A program made the position numbers and the translations under genes. Below the pieces are notes generated by a model, which worked only from the letters and a program-made list of their open reading frames with translations, ran no database searches and was not told the DNA's origin. A DNA stretch of 64,000 bases from assembly GCA_016937995.1 (NCBI GenBank), contig JAFGVM010000016.1, positions 101,224-165,223 of the forward strand, in the 5' to 3' direction. Numbering within the stretch: position 1 is the first letter of the stretch; the number at the start of each line of letters is the position of its first letter. This DNA comes from Candidatus Delongbacteria bacterium. GTDB lineage: Bacteria > UBA4055. Positions 1 to 11,500 of this stretch are shown here, in pieces.

Positions 1-798
1 CTCATCGTTATCAAATTTTCTGCCGAATCTTACAAAGAACATATTGTTGTAAGAGTATTCTAGACCAAGTGTCATATACTCACTGTTATCAGATGGGTGA
101 GCAGCTTCTAATAGAACATCAAGCTTATTTACACCGTCTTCCAGAGGAGCATATCTAAGACCGAACACAAATAACATAGGTAATGGTGTATCCTCATCAA
201 AATAAGTGTAATTACCGCCAAAATTTCTGATGGACATACCAAATATTAAGGACTGCCATCCTGTATTATAGTAAGTACCAACATCACCGGCAACAGTCAT
301 AGCCTGCTGATCAGCTAATCCTTCGCTCAAGAACTTCAGAGTTCCACCAACATAGAATTTTGGAGTTAACATTTGTGCATAGGAAGCTCCTATCATCATA
401 TCATATGCTCCAAATGTTCTACCTGTACCATCAGGGAATTCAACAGTTGTCTCATCCATATCCCCTGTTGTCAGATAAGCCATTTGCATACCCATACTTC
501 CGTTTAATTGTGGTAATGGATAAACTACACCTGCATAACTGTACTGAATATCAGCCAGATACATGTTATGAGATGCAACAAATTCCATTGATTTCAAATT
601 CAACAGTCCTGCTGGATTGTAATACAAGGTCGATGCATCATCTGACAGACCAATAAATGCTCCACCCATTGCGAACACTCTTGCGGTTACATCCATTTTT
701 AAAAACGGCATACCTGATGTTCCGGCTTTATCCTGAGCCATAGTAACAGGTACAAAAACCATGATAAGCATCACGAGAATTAGCAGTTTTTTGTTCAT
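1..798 (-). CDS. porV: PorV/PorQ-family outer-membrane beta-barrel, probably PorV (T9SS). Partial: the N-terminus with start codon is at 796-798, and the C-terminus lies beyond the window start.
   Basis: Manual reverse translation from the ATG at 796-798 gives MNKKLLILVMLIMVFVPVTMAQDKAGTSGMPFLKMDVTARVFAMGGAFIGLSDDASTLYYNPAGL. This is a signal peptide followed by the characteristic PorV/PorQ N-terminal block (ARxxAMGGAF..DDASxxYYNPAGL). The reading frame is open to position 1. The gene is not in the ORF table because it is truncated by the window edge. Confidence 0.6.
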   Translation of the reverse strand, partial: MNKKLLILVMLIMVFVPVTMAQDKAGTSGMPFLKMDVTARVFAMGGAFIGLSDDASTLYYNPAGLLNLKSMEFVASHNMYLADIQYSYAGVVYPLPQLNGSMGMQMAYLTTGDMDETTVEFPDGTGRTFGAYDMMIGASYAQMLTPKFYVGGTLKFLSEGLADQQAMTVAGDVGTYYNTGWQSLIFGMSIRNFGGNYTYFDEDTPLPMLFVFGLRYAPLEDGVNKLDVLLEAAHPSDNSEYMTLGLEYSYNNMFFVRFGRKFDNDE

Positions 799-928
799 TT
801 TGTTTCCCCTTTGCTTTATTTTAATTTTTCATTTTCCATATTCTCTTACAGGAACTGTTTTTACAATCCCTGAAAGAAAACATAGATTTAGACAGGCAGC
901 TCCCTGCCTGTCTAAACAAACAACATGA

Positions 929-3118
929 TTATTTAGCTAAAACCATCTTCTTAGTTGATAAAATTCCGTTAACATCTAACTGATAGAAATAAACTCCTGA
1001 GTTTAATTTTGTTGCATCAAAATTAACTTTATGAAGTCCTTTAGCCATTTTGCCGTCAATTAATGAAGCAACTGTCTCACCGTTTGAGTTGAATACAGTA
1101 AGTTTAATATTTGCGTCATTCATTATATTGAAGCTGATCTCTGTACTTGGGTTGAAAGGATTTGGATAATTTTGCATCAATTCAAAGTCCATATCAAGTG
1201 CAGTATGCTCTGATTGAATACCATCAGTCAAAGTTCCAGTGATCTTCCAAGCGTGTAAGAACTGCTGGTGGTCGAAGAAACTGTTTACAGGTGGTTCTAA
1301 CGGGTTAGCTGCATCATAATATTGATTAGCTGCGTAAACCTCGATAGCACCTTCAGTAATTTTTCCGTTTGTAGTGACTGTCCAACCTTCTTCATGAAGA
1401 GTATTTGTATTTGTCACGTTAGTTGCGTAGTAAAGATTGAAAGTTTTACCAGGTATGTAGTCAGTAACTTCTACATGATCTTGATATTCCCAAGTGTCAC
1501 CATCGTTTCCTGAAAAAGACATGAAACCGTCATCATAATATACTGTATCAGGTTCCGGCCACTCATTTAAAGTTGTTCTTCCAACAGGTCTGTCCAGCCA
1601 GGTTGCATAGATCTGACCGAATCCTGCATAACCTATCGCTAATACGTTGAAATTTGACCATACCCATTCAATATCACCAGTGTCAAGACCAACTGAAGAA
1701 GCTACAAAATGAGCAGGGCTCCATTGTACACCTGTATCAGTTATTAGACCTCTGATATGATAATAACCAGCAACAAAATCGTCATCGTTATCATATAACA
1801 GGTAACCAGCGTAATCACCCTGATAAGTTCCACCGAATACACGAACTAACAAGTGAACATAGTCATACTCTGTTGCAACTGCTGAAATATTCCAGGTTAT
1901 GAAAGGATCGTTCATTATAGTGACCATTGTGTCCGGAGGTGTAACTGAAGAATCGATCTCAGTATAAGTACTTCCGTACCAGTCAAATAATTGCTTTGGA
2001 TCCAATTGGAATAATCTTACATCACCGTGTGAAGTATCGTAATTCCAGTTTGGTGACCAGTCACCTGAAGAATCATCTCCACCCCAGTTAGTTGTATACA
2101 TGTAACTGATCTTTGGGTTAAGATCAACTCTTGTTTCTACTGGTACCCATGCAGAATCAGGTGGTACAGTAGTTGAGTCAACTTCAGTCCAGATTGAATC
2201 AGCGATCATTACAAAGTCATCAACATCATTAGCCATTGTTACAGCAATACCTTTACCTGTACCGTTTCCGTAAATATCCTTACAGTAAGCCCATGAAATG
2301 TCGTTCATTATTGTAAGACCGTTAGCATCGTTAGCACAGTCAAGATTTAATTCTGAGTAATCAGTCCATTCCCAGCTTGATGTAACTGCAGGGGTCATCG
2401 ATCTACCAACTACACAGCCAAGTGTGAAATCTTCCATTCCAAGAAGGTCTTGGTTCCATGCCTGTGACCAGTAGTAATATCCTGTTGCAGGATCATAAAC
2501 TGTATCACCGGATCCTGTCCAAGCACCCGGAACAGTAGCTCCACCATCAGTAGCTGCAACTACACCAACGTTCCATGTAGAGAAGTTATATCCCCATGTT
2601 GCATCAGCAACAGCGAACATCGGATAAGCATCACTTGCTACACCGGTAGTAGTGTTATAATCATTGAATACTCCAAAGAAATATCCGTTTATGAAACCAC
2701 AAGCATAAGGGTATCTTCCACCAGGATCTTGTGCAGGTGTCCAGTTGTTTGAAACGTCATAGATAACCTGAGCAGAGCTAAGTAAACTTGCTCCCTGCCA
2801 GTCACCGATAGTTCCACCGATTGTTCCTGAACCTGTTGCAGGATTTAATCTTCTGTAAATAGATCCTACCATTGGAAGTCCGGTTGTATTTCCCATGTCC
2901 CAAGATATCTTTCTGTTGTAACCCTGATACCAGCCATAACCGTTAGCTGATTTATCAAAGTAAGTACTCACTTGACCTGAGTAAGGTGTTTTTGCCATCA
3001 TGGCTTTGTCATTCATAGATGGCTTGATCTGCCACTTACCGCCTTTAATTCCATTAACAGCGAACAATGGAACAGCGATAAACAAAGCCAAACTAAGAAT
3101 AGTCAGTTTTTTTACCAT
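929..3118 (-). CDS. Secreted protein with a T9SS C-terminal sorting domain (CTD). Function unknown; W/Y/G/D/T-rich, probably a beta-rich surface protein.
   Basis: N-terminal signal peptide (MVKKLTILSLALFIAVPLFAVNG). The C-terminal ~80 aa, NPFNPSTEISFNI...KLTVFNSNGETVASL...GVYFYQLDVNG...KKMVLAK, matches the conserved motifs of T9SS type-A CTDs. It is co-oriented immediately upstream of the PorV-like gene. Confidence 0.6.
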   Translation of the reverse strand: MVKKLTILSLALFIAVPLFAVNGIKGGKWQIKPSMNDKAMMAKTPYSGQVSTYFDKSANGYGWYQGYNRKISWDMGNTTGLPMVGSIYRRLNPATGSGTIGGTIGDWQGASLLSSAQVIYDVSNNWTPAQDPGGRYPYACGFINGYFFGVFNDYNTTTGVASDAYPMFAVADATWGYNFSTWNVGVVAATDGGATVPGAWTGSGDTVYDPATGYYYWSQAWNQDLLGMEDFTLGCVVGRSMTPAVTSSWEWTDYSELNLDCANDANGLTIMNDISWAYCKDIYGNGTGKGIAVTMANDVDDFVMIADSIWTEVDSTTVPPDSAWVPVETRVDLNPKISYMYTTNWGGDDSSGDWSPNWNYDTSHGDVRLFQLDPKQLFDWYGSTYTEIDSSVTPPDTMVTIMNDPFITWNISAVATEYDYVHLLVRVFGGTYQGDYAGYLLYDNDDDFVAGYYHIRGLITDTGVQWSPAHFVASSVGLDTGDIEWVWSNFNVLAIGYAGFGQIYATWLDRPVGRTTLNEWPEPDTVYYDDGFMSFSGNDGDTWEYQDHVEVTDYIPGKTFNLYYATNVTNTNTLHEEGWTVTTNGKITEGAIEVYAANQYYDAANPLEPPVNSFFDHQQFLHAWKITGTLTDGIQSEHTALDMDFELMQNYPNPFNPSTEISFNIMNDANIKLTVFNSNGETVASLIDGKMAKGLHKVNFDATKLNSGVYFYQLDVNGILSTKKMVLAK

Positions 3119-3158
3119 TTTTTACTCCTCCTTTAAATTACACATTTTATTGTTAAGT

Positions 3159-5195
3159 CTATTTTTGCAAAGGATCATCTTCAAGATTGAACCAGTTTAT
3201 CATAGAAGTGAACAGATCACTTACTTTTCCTTCCGAATTATCCATGAAAACAAGCGGGAATCCGATATATGCCGTACGGAATACATCTCCTTCTGAAACA
3301 TATCTTGTTGCAATAGCACCTGATTTTCTGTAAACATCTCCACTCAGATTTGTTGTTGCTGTTGCAGCAGGGTTACGCCATTTCAGATCATGGAACAGTG
3401 TATCAGTTCCATCAACTTCGAAAGTAAGATCTGAATTGTAATCAGTCGTTGGAAGATCATAAATTGACTTATACTTCAGTACGATCTCTCCTTTATAAGC
3501 TTCAAATACTGGAATACCTGTTAAGACTGTACCGTTTTCTTTAAGTGAGAACTCAAAGATACTTCCTGCAGGACCGGGATAATTCTTCCAGTACTTATTT
3601 ACCTGTGCACTGTCTACTTTCAGTTCAACGATACCTGCATCAGTGATATGATCATATTTTGTAACACCGATAAAATCGTAATTGTCCTTTTTGTAATAAG
3701 TCGCAGGAAGCAATGGATGACTCGCATCGTACAGGAACTGAGAGAAGAAACTCTTTGATTCTCCTGTTGAATAAGAATAGATCCCGAAATAGTTGTAGAA
3801 GAACGTACACATATCTCTGTTCAGCAGAGCAGCGTTATCGAATACATCCCTTACAGGATCTTCATATTTATTTACATACAGATCGTTAAGCAGGATCGCT
3901 GAATGACCTATGATCATTACTTTACCACCGATGTTCATGTAATCTATAAGCTGTTTCTTATAACTTGCATAAGAGATACCTGAAGATTGCGATCTGTCCT
4001 CTGTTCCGATTATTACAAGTCTGTACTTACTCAATATTTTCAAACTTGGTTGATATAACTGATCAACAGGTACCGGTGCAAAATCTACAACATCGTAATC
4101 CTGTAATAACATCTCTGAACTGTCCGGGTATAGAACATCATAATCTGCATGATAACCTGCATCCTGAAGATATTCTTCATACATTGCTTTAACTTCAACA
4201 CCATCAGGGTTACCTGTGAACTGAAGATAATCAACAGAATTGAACTTAGCATCATCAGTATCATCAACATAAAGGATACCGTGATTCAATTGAGGAGCAA
4301 ATACCGGGAAGTTCACTGTTGCATGATTTTCAGACTCTTCTAAAGCATCATCTCTTACCCAAACTCTGAATGAGAAGTTAGCTTCTGATTTACCCTCCGG
4401 CATATTATCAAAAAGCAAACTTGAGAACTGAACAGAAAGGTTACTTATTGACCATCCCGATTCAGCCAAAGTGTCGATATCATAGAAATCACCGCTTAAA
4501 TTAGTATCGATAGAACACAATTGATATTTGAACTCAAGATCTACTTCAGGTCCGTCCGGATCCTCTCCCATCCATCTAAAATCTATCGGTTTCCAGAAAG
4601 ATGTCTCTCTCTTTAGAACCATTTGAGCTGAGTCAGTACCGATCGTGAACCAGTACTGGTCAAATCCGTTCACACCAAATTTTTGAGAATTGACCATAGG
4701 ATGTTTAGGAACTTTATTCGTTCTTCCGAATATTTTTGATACAATACCTGTTTCACCGTCCTTATCATCAACACCGTATAAGAAAAACTTTGAATAAACA
4801 ATTTCTCTTTTCACTTCTATAGCCTCAAGAATATCAATGTAAGTGGTGCTGTCAACGAACATTATATCCGCATTAAGTTTTGCGAACGGCATTGAAATAT
4901 CAACATAAGAATTTGCTGTTCTTGTCCACAGTGTATCAGCAAGTTCTGTAGCTGCTTCAGCATTGGTCATTGTTGTATCAGTTGTCATACAATAATAGTA
5001 TGTCATACTGGTACCATCCTGATCATTGCCATACCACTGAACTCTAGTTTCTTTGTTACTGATGATATCTGAGGTATCATAGATCATCAGCCTTGGATTT
5101 GTATTGGCCGGCATTTCGCCCGTAATGTCCTGGGTGCAGGAGAAAAAGAGCATTGATGCGAGTAATACAATAAATAATAACATTATTTTTTTCAT
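3159..5195 (-). CDS. Lipoprotein of unknown function.
   Basis: N-terminus MKKIMLLFIVLLASMLFFSCTQD is a signal peptide with a lipobox Cys. No catalytic motif was recognised with confidence. It lies between two CTD-bearing genes in the same orientation with short gaps, so it is probably operonic. Confidence 0.45.
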   Translation of the reverse strand: MKKIMLLFIVLLASMLFFSCTQDITGEMPANTNPRLMIYDTSDIISNKETRVQWYGNDQDGTSMTYYYCMTTDTTMTNAEAATELADTLWTRTANSYVDISMPFAKLNADIMFVDSTTYIDILEAIEVKREIVYSKFFLYGVDDKDGETGIVSKIFGRTNKVPKHPMVNSQKFGVNGFDQYWFTIGTDSAQMVLKRETSFWKPIDFRWMGEDPDGPEVDLEFKYQLCSIDTNLSGDFYDIDTLAESGWSISNLSVQFSSLLFDNMPEGKSEANFSFRVWVRDDALEESENHATVNFPVFAPQLNHGILYVDDTDDAKFNSVDYLQFTGNPDGVEVKAMYEEYLQDAGYHADYDVLYPDSSEMLLQDYDVVDFAPVPVDQLYQPSLKILSKYRLVIIGTEDRSQSSGISYASYKKQLIDYMNIGGKVMIIGHSAILLNDLYVNKYEDPVRDVFDNAALLNRDMCTFFYNYFGIYSYSTGESKSFFSQFLYDASHPLLPATYYKKDNYDFIGVTKYDHITDAGIVELKVDSAQVNKYWKNYPGPAGSIFEFSLKENGTVLTGIPVFEAYKGEIVLKYKSIYDLPTTDYNSDLTFEVDGTDTLFHDLKWRNPAATATTNLSGDVYRKSGAIATRYVSEGDVFRTAYIGFPLVFMDNSEGKVSDLFTSMINWFNLEDDPLQK

Positions 5196-5207
5196 TTCAA
5201 AGCTCCG

Positions 5208-8200
5208 TTATTTAATAATTACAAATTTCCCAATGAACTCGTAGCTGTCATCATCCACATCTTTCACACTGTAAAGATATATTCCGGATACTACAGCCTG
5301 ATCGTTATCGTTGATAAGGTCCCAGGCAGCACCGTATTCACCATATTGATATCTTGCATCAACTCTTGCATTACCGTTATGACCGATAGTCTTAACAAGG
5401 TCACCTGCCAAAGTGTATATCTTAATAACTGATCTTAAAGGTATGTTCATGAAAACTATCTTTCTATCCTGCTCTTTCCAGTCATCAGCACCATCAACAT
5501 TTTCCCAGCCTAAAGATTCATAGTCTGTATCTCCTCTGTAAGGATTTGGTACTACAACAACATCCTCTGTTCCCAATAGTTTTGTAGGGATTACAGAAGA
5601 TCCATTAATTGCAGGGTTTGACTTAAGTGCCGGAGTTCCGGACTTAGGATCACCGAAGTCTGAAGAAGTTACAGCTATATAGCTTTCTTTTGCATATAAT
5701 TTGTTTTGAAGGACGAATTTATACTTGTAATAATCCACATCAACACTGTCTATCGTTCTTGTTGCCGGTGTAGCTGTATATTCATACATTCCTTCCTTAA
5801 TGTGACTTGCAAGAATATCTCTGTTATCTGCAAAAGGTACCAGTTCATAAAAATTACCACCTGAAGTAATTTGAACAGGGAATGGATTTCCCGCTGCAAG
5901 ACTATCCGCAATTTCCTGTGCGGAATAAGGAGATTCAAGATAATCACCTTCTTCATCAACTCTTTCGTAGATGTAGTTATCTTTGTCAACACTGAAGATC
6001 TCTACATAGTTAAGAGAATTTGAATTAGGAGAAACCTGGATCTGATATCCTTCAAAATCCTTTACTCTGGTGAATGGATCTAAAAATTCCTCCGGACCTG
6101 AATAAGACTCAGTACCGTCCTCTTTCAGGAAGAATTCCTTAGAAGCCCACTCAACTACAACATCATTATTTTCATAACTTATCTTTATCTTTGGTGAAGG
6201 CGGTGGCGGCGGTCCTGTAAAATCAGGAACTCCGTCTCCTTTATCTATTCTGCCATTATCAAAACCGTATCTTACCCACTCACCCGGTGTAATTCCTGGG
6301 TATGGATTCAATAGATTATCATATACCACCATATATCCATAACCTTTATCACCGCCACCTTCCTGATTTCCGGTAATTCCGTATACTCCCTCAGGATCTA
6401 CAGCTGGAAGTAATGTTTTCATTCCGTAAGGAAGGAAATGATCTTCATCCACTCCGGTGAATCCCCAAGGATCTACAAAAGAAGTAGTGAAAGCATCGAT
6501 CTCAGAGTTTCCTTCAGTATCATCATCATCAGGTCCACCGTATTCACTTACTGGTGTTGTCCACCAGCATTCTGTTGTAACTTTAGTGTTCGCATATATA
6601 CCGTCAGATCCGACATCCTCTCCATACCATCCGTCACCTTTTTCTTCATCAAATTTGTCCACTATGGTATCATGCATTGGAATATCGTAAACTCTTTCAG
6701 CCCATACAACGTTATAGAAAGCATCATACCATCCTTTGTCATAATACGCAGGATCTATTCCAGAATCAGGATATCTTGCAGTATCATCACCGGTTGCATA
6801 ATTCGGGTCCTGATCTAGTGAAGTATGGAAATTATCATTAACAATGAATGCTAAAGTAAGTTTCAGAGAATCACCATGGGCGAATTCCCAGACAGTTTTA
6901 CTTTGAAGAACATCATCCAGGATACCGTCAAGATTTCTATCAATAGCAACATTTACCATTTTCTCGGTTCCCAAAGGTCCGAATGAAAGTATATATTTTG
7001 TATCAGCACCGTTCGCAATATCATTTCTTGTTTTAAGATCACCGTCATGAACATCATCAGCTGAAGGTAAAGGTTCAGAAGGATCAAGCCATTCCTGCCA
7101 TTTTTCCGCCTGGGCATAAGGTGTTCCTATCATGTATTCAGGATCTGAGAACTCATGATTGTCAACATCAATTATATCATACTGATTATAATCGAATTCA
7201 TCATTTGACATTATCATAAATTTACCTTTATCACCTGCAGGTCTTCCCTCAACTCTACCGCCTGCCAATGGAACAGTTCCGTTATATTCATCATCCTGGT
7301 TGTAATCATCATAACCTTTCTGGAATGGAGTAAGATCATACTTCCATGGCAACGCCAAAAGACTTGGTGAAGGGTCTGAAGGATGGTCTTCCAAAGGTCT
7401 TGGGTGAAGACCTGTTTTCCAGTGTGGTCCCCAGTCTAAAGCTTCATCACCCTGCTCTGCAATATACATGTTGAACGCGTATCTCAGGTTCGGATTAGGA
7501 TTTCTAAGTACCCTAACAGTTACAATACCTGTCGCACCATCAAGAGGAGCACCTGCACCCGGTTCACCGGTCGCTGTTGTTCCCTGAGGTCCTGTATAGT
7601 TCCTTCCATCATTATCAGCCGCCCATGCCAGGTTAAGCTCAACGGTCTTTTGAGTATTTGTTGCAGGATCGATATATCCGTCCCACTTCTGTATAAATCC
7701 GCCAAGATCATCAGCTGAATTAGCTTCCCATTCTCCTCCGATCATTCCGATATCACAATCCAGATAAACACCCATGAAGAAATCATAAAGGTCTTTTCCT
7801 TCTTCACCTCTATTATATAATGTATAGTCGATTATGATGAATTTTTGTGCATAATCATAAGACCAGGCATAGCTTTTCTGTCTTACCTCGATACCCAATG
7901 GAATATGCTCTCTGTTGTCATATTCATCCATACCGGTATAAGGTGTTCTCTGAACAAGTTTGTCAGTAAACATCGTATTGAACTGCTCTTCAGCTGTTGC
8001 AGCAGGATCATATACCTCTTCGAAAAGGCAGCTTATTCTTCCTTCAACATTTGAAGTTTCATACATTCTTCCAAGGATAGAACCTCCTTCATCCTCATCG
8101 AATTTTACCGGCCAACACTCAGTAGGCATCGGATTTCCTGACCATCCTTCGTACGCTGTGGTCGCTAACGGACCCTGGAACACTTTAGCGGCGATATCTG

Positions 8201-8555
8201 TTCCATCCACACTAACATTTACATCAGCGGAATCCTTATATCCACCGAACAGCAGTGCTCCCGCGAATAAAAAATCAGTTCCTGAACCACCTGGCATCTC
8301 GCCGGAAACAGCATTCTTACCTGTACAGGGGTCATCATAAGCACTCGGATTACCGAAATAACCCATATTGTTCATATTCAGCCATAAAAGACCAGCTCTG
8401 TGCACCCTGTTGTTAGGTGTAGGTATGATGGCCTTGGAGTCCTGTCCTGTTTGCAAACCGTCAACACTGCTCGGAGCGGTCTGAGCGGATCTCGAGAACG
8501 CCATCGTAATAAATGCGATCAGTAGTATTGAGGTTATTTGCTTGTAGACTTTCAT
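5208..8555 (-). CDS. Large (1115 aa) secreted protein with a T9SS CTD. Possibly a PorU-like surface protein; this is unconfirmed.
   Basis: Signal peptide MKVYKQITSILLIAFITMAFSRSAQT. Poly-Pro linker (TGPPPPPSPK). C-terminal ...VIKIYTLAGDLVKTIGHNG...AAWDLINDNDQAVVSGIYLYSVKD...GKFVIIK fits the T9SS CTD pattern. The size and the position upstream of porV resemble porU-porV arrangements, but no C25 catalytic dyad could be identified by eye. Confidence 0.55.
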   Translation of the reverse strand: MKVYKQITSILLIAFITMAFSRSAQTAPSSVDGLQTGQDSKAIIPTPNNRVHRAGLLWLNMNNMGYFGNPSAYDDPCTGKNAVSGEMPGGSGTDFLFAGALLFGGYKDSADVNVSVDGTDIAAKVFQGPLATTAYEGWSGNPMPTECWPVKFDEDEGGSILGRMYETSNVEGRISCLFEEVYDPAATAEEQFNTMFTDKLVQRTPYTGMDEYDNREHIPLGIEVRQKSYAWSYDYAQKFIIIDYTLYNRGEEGKDLYDFFMGVYLDCDIGMIGGEWEANSADDLGGFIQKWDGYIDPATNTQKTVELNLAWAADNDGRNYTGPQGTTATGEPGAGAPLDGATGIVTVRVLRNPNPNLRYAFNMYIAEQGDEALDWGPHWKTGLHPRPLEDHPSDPSPSLLALPWKYDLTPFQKGYDDYNQDDEYNGTVPLAGGRVEGRPAGDKGKFMIMSNDEFDYNQYDIIDVDNHEFSDPEYMIGTPYAQAEKWQEWLDPSEPLPSADDVHDGDLKTRNDIANGADTKYILSFGPLGTEKMVNVAIDRNLDGILDDVLQSKTVWEFAHGDSLKLTLAFIVNDNFHTSLDQDPNYATGDDTARYPDSGIDPAYYDKGWYDAFYNVVWAERVYDIPMHDTIVDKFDEEKGDGWYGEDVGSDGIYANTKVTTECWWTTPVSEYGGPDDDDTEGNSEIDAFTTSFVDPWGFTGVDEDHFLPYGMKTLLPAVDPEGVYGITGNQEGGGDKGYGYMVVYDNLLNPYPGITPGEWVRYGFDNGRIDKGDGVPDFTGPPPPPSPKIKISYENNDVVVEWASKEFFLKEDGTESYSGPEEFLDPFTRVKDFEGYQIQVSPNSNSLNYVEIFSVDKDNYIYERVDEEGDYLESPYSAQEIADSLAAGNPFPVQITSGGNFYELVPFADNRDILASHIKEGMYEYTATPATRTIDSVDVDYYKYKFVLQNKLYAKESYIAVTSSDFGDPKSGTPALKSNPAINGSSVIPTKLLGTEDVVVVPNPYRGDTDYESLGWENVDGADDWKEQDRKIVFMNIPLRSVIKIYTLAGDLVKTIGHNGNARVDARYQYGEYGAAWDLINDNDQAVVSGIYLYSVKDVDDDSYEFIGKFVIIK

Positions 8556-8595
8556 TAATCAGTCTCCTAATTATTTTAAATTTTATTATTCGTAT

Positions 8596-11500
8596 CTACC
8601 AAGTGTAGCTGACGCCAAATCTGTAATGTCTTCTTTCTCCGATATGTGAAGGATCAGCAAATCTTTCAGCATAATTAACGTTTTGAGGATTATTATCGTA
8701 ATACTCCTCACTTCTTGCCCACCAGCTTCCGGTATCTGCCCATACTTCCTCAACATTGATCTTGTTGAAGATGTTATAAACATTAAATTCAAGCTTAAGG
8801 TTTCCGTAAGAAACATTGTTCTCACCGGTAAACGCGAAAGTTTTACTGAATTTAATATCAGTACTTGAAGTCCAAGGCAATCTTTCAGAGTTCGTTTCGA
8901 TATCCTCTTCAGCTACTTCATAGTGGTAATATTCCACACTTGGAGTAAAAGGAGTACCGCTTCCGAAACTTGTGTTCATACCAAGGGTCCAGTTATCAGT
9001 GTATGGAAGATTGAAAAGGGTCTCTCCCTTTCCGTAAACAAGAGTGAAGTAAGTTGACAATGAATGTCTTTCATCCCAGATCAACGGGAATTCTTTTACT
9101 TCAAGCTCTTCATCGTCCATATTTGACTCTTCGTCAGATGATTTACCATAAGCATAAGATAATGTATAAGAAAGACCCCATAGGTAATGATCTCTCAAAC
9201 TTCTGTCTACCGAGATCTCAACACCTCTTGACTTACCGTAATCGGAGTTGTAGTAAACTGTTGCATCTGTTACACCGTATTCGTAAGTTTTTGTATTGAT
9301 CATGTCGTAAATGTCTTTAAAATAACCGGTTACATCTATAAGGTAAGAACCCAACTCGTTCACAACACCCAGTTCATACTGAACATTTCTTTGGTAACCA
9401 AGGTTCATATTACCGAATAATGGATCAGCACCAACAGAGGTATTAGGTGCAAATACCTGGGTATAAGTTGGTTTTTGGTATAAATGCCCGTAAGAGAAAA
9501 ATAGTTTTGATGTTTCTGAAATAGAGTGTGAAATTCCAAATCTAGGACTTATTGCAAATATCGTAGGTTCTAATTCTTCCTCATAACCGAATGCCTGTGC
9601 ATCATACTGCTCTTCATAGTAATCTATCGCATCCTGATCAAGAGTTCTCATATCAAGTCTGATACCCGCATTAACAACAAGGTCTTCAAACTCCATTTTA
9701 TCCTGAACGTACATCGAGAATTCAGTTGGAGAATATGCATAAGAAGTTTTCTCTTCACCGTTATACGGATAAGGATCCCCCTCTAAGAACTGACTTGTAG
9801 CTTCGAAGTAATTGATGTAAGGGTTGACGATACTGTAATAATCAAGGTTGTTCAACGAAAGCTCAAAACCTGTCTTGATCATGTGGAACTTATTGATCTG
9901 GTTCGTATAGTTACCTTTGAACTTCAATACTGTATTGTCGAACTTTTGGTAAGTTATCCCGTCAAGATAGTAATCCGGCAACAGGAATCCTGCATTTGTA
10001 TTCCAAGCACCATCATAGTTATAGTCAGAAAAAGATTCTCCATCGTCGTATAGACCATTCGGTGTATCATATGTATCGTTATCATTAAAATCTTCCCAGG
10101 TCGAATAAGAATCCATAACAAGATCTTTATAGTTTGGAATACCCTGATACATATCTTCAGGAGCTCTGTATACCGAGTATGAACCCACATATTCCACATA
10201 GCCACAACCAGGAATGTTGGAAGGAGCATGACCGGGAGTCCAGCCAAGGTTACTGTAATCGGTATCTGAACCTGATTGTCTCCAGCTTGAATAAGCCTCG
10301 AACTCATCAAATCTGTTGTTCCAAGGTCCGTCATAAACATCATTGAACCTTGGGATTGTCTGCTCAACTGATCCCAGAGAAGACCTTAGATCAGCATATT
10401 TTTCTGCAGGATAAGTGATCCTGATCTTCCAGTCCTCGACTTCGAAAGAAACCGGGTTATCGTTAATATCAAAACCATTATAAGTTCTTGTTACTTTCCA
10501 AGTTAGTGTATCTGCCTCGTAGAACTGGCTATTAGCATGATAATCGACCTCACCCCAGAAGTCAGGGACAGTTGTAGTGTTGTCGGTCATAAGACTGTCG
10601 TCACTTACTCTTTTTGTCTGAATTACAAATTCTGATATTTGACCTTCATCCCATACATCATTCGCAAGTAGCTGTATTTTATATTGTGTTCCGGTGTAGA
10701 TCAATCTTTTATGATCCACGAAAGGTTCACCTGTATCAAGGAATCTGTCTCCGTCAACAAAGTGCTCATAAGAACCGATCTGTTCATCATCACTGTAAAT
10801 AAACTGATCATAGTGACCGCTTAAGTTCTCATCAATATAACCCTCGACAACCGAGCTATTATATATCTGGTCAGTCACAGGATTTCCTAAAGCATCAATT
10901 GCAAATCCGGTATAAGTTTTTCCGGTATCCCAGTAATCCCATGCATTGTTATCGTTGGAATCATACAGATAGTCACCATCGTATTGTCCATTACCGTTGG
11001 CATCCACGTAAGTCTCAAGTGCTCCACCATCCTGCTCCTGACCGTTATCCCAGTTTCCATCTTGGTCGAGATCTGTGAAATACTCCCTGTCAAAGAAACC
11101 GTTTTGGTTATTATCAACATAACCCTCTGCATCACCACCATCACGCTTAAAATTTCTAATAAGATCGTCTCTCATAAATGAGAAATTATCAAGATCAACT
11201 GTGAAAACAAACTCGTCAGGTAATTTACCGCCTGGAAGTCTTTCAAAATCCCTGTTATAGTAAGAGAAAATGAAATCGTAATAACTCTGTTGGCTAAGTG
11301 TATGCTTAAAGTTCACGTTGAACACAGTTACGTCAGTTATAAGCTCATCAGCTGTTTGAGGAGTATATCTGTACAACCAGCTGAAATTATAATCATGTGT
11401 TCTGGATTTTGTGTACGATGCACTTAGGTTCATCATTGGAGTTATCTGATATGCGGATTTAAGTATGATATTAAAATTGTTCTGTCTTTTCTGAGCTATC

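Noticed and set aside
360-656. 98-aa plus-strand ORF.
   Set aside because: It lies entirely antisense within the PorV-like coding region. It has no signal, motif or RBS, and its composition reflects the mirror of the real gene.
6438-8340. Several 60-126-aa plus-strand ORFs (6438-6818, 6457-6690, 7845-8054, 7960-8340).
   Set aside because: They are antisense inside the 1115-aa CTD-protein gene. They are low-complexity Ser/Pro/Ile-rich translations with no independent support.
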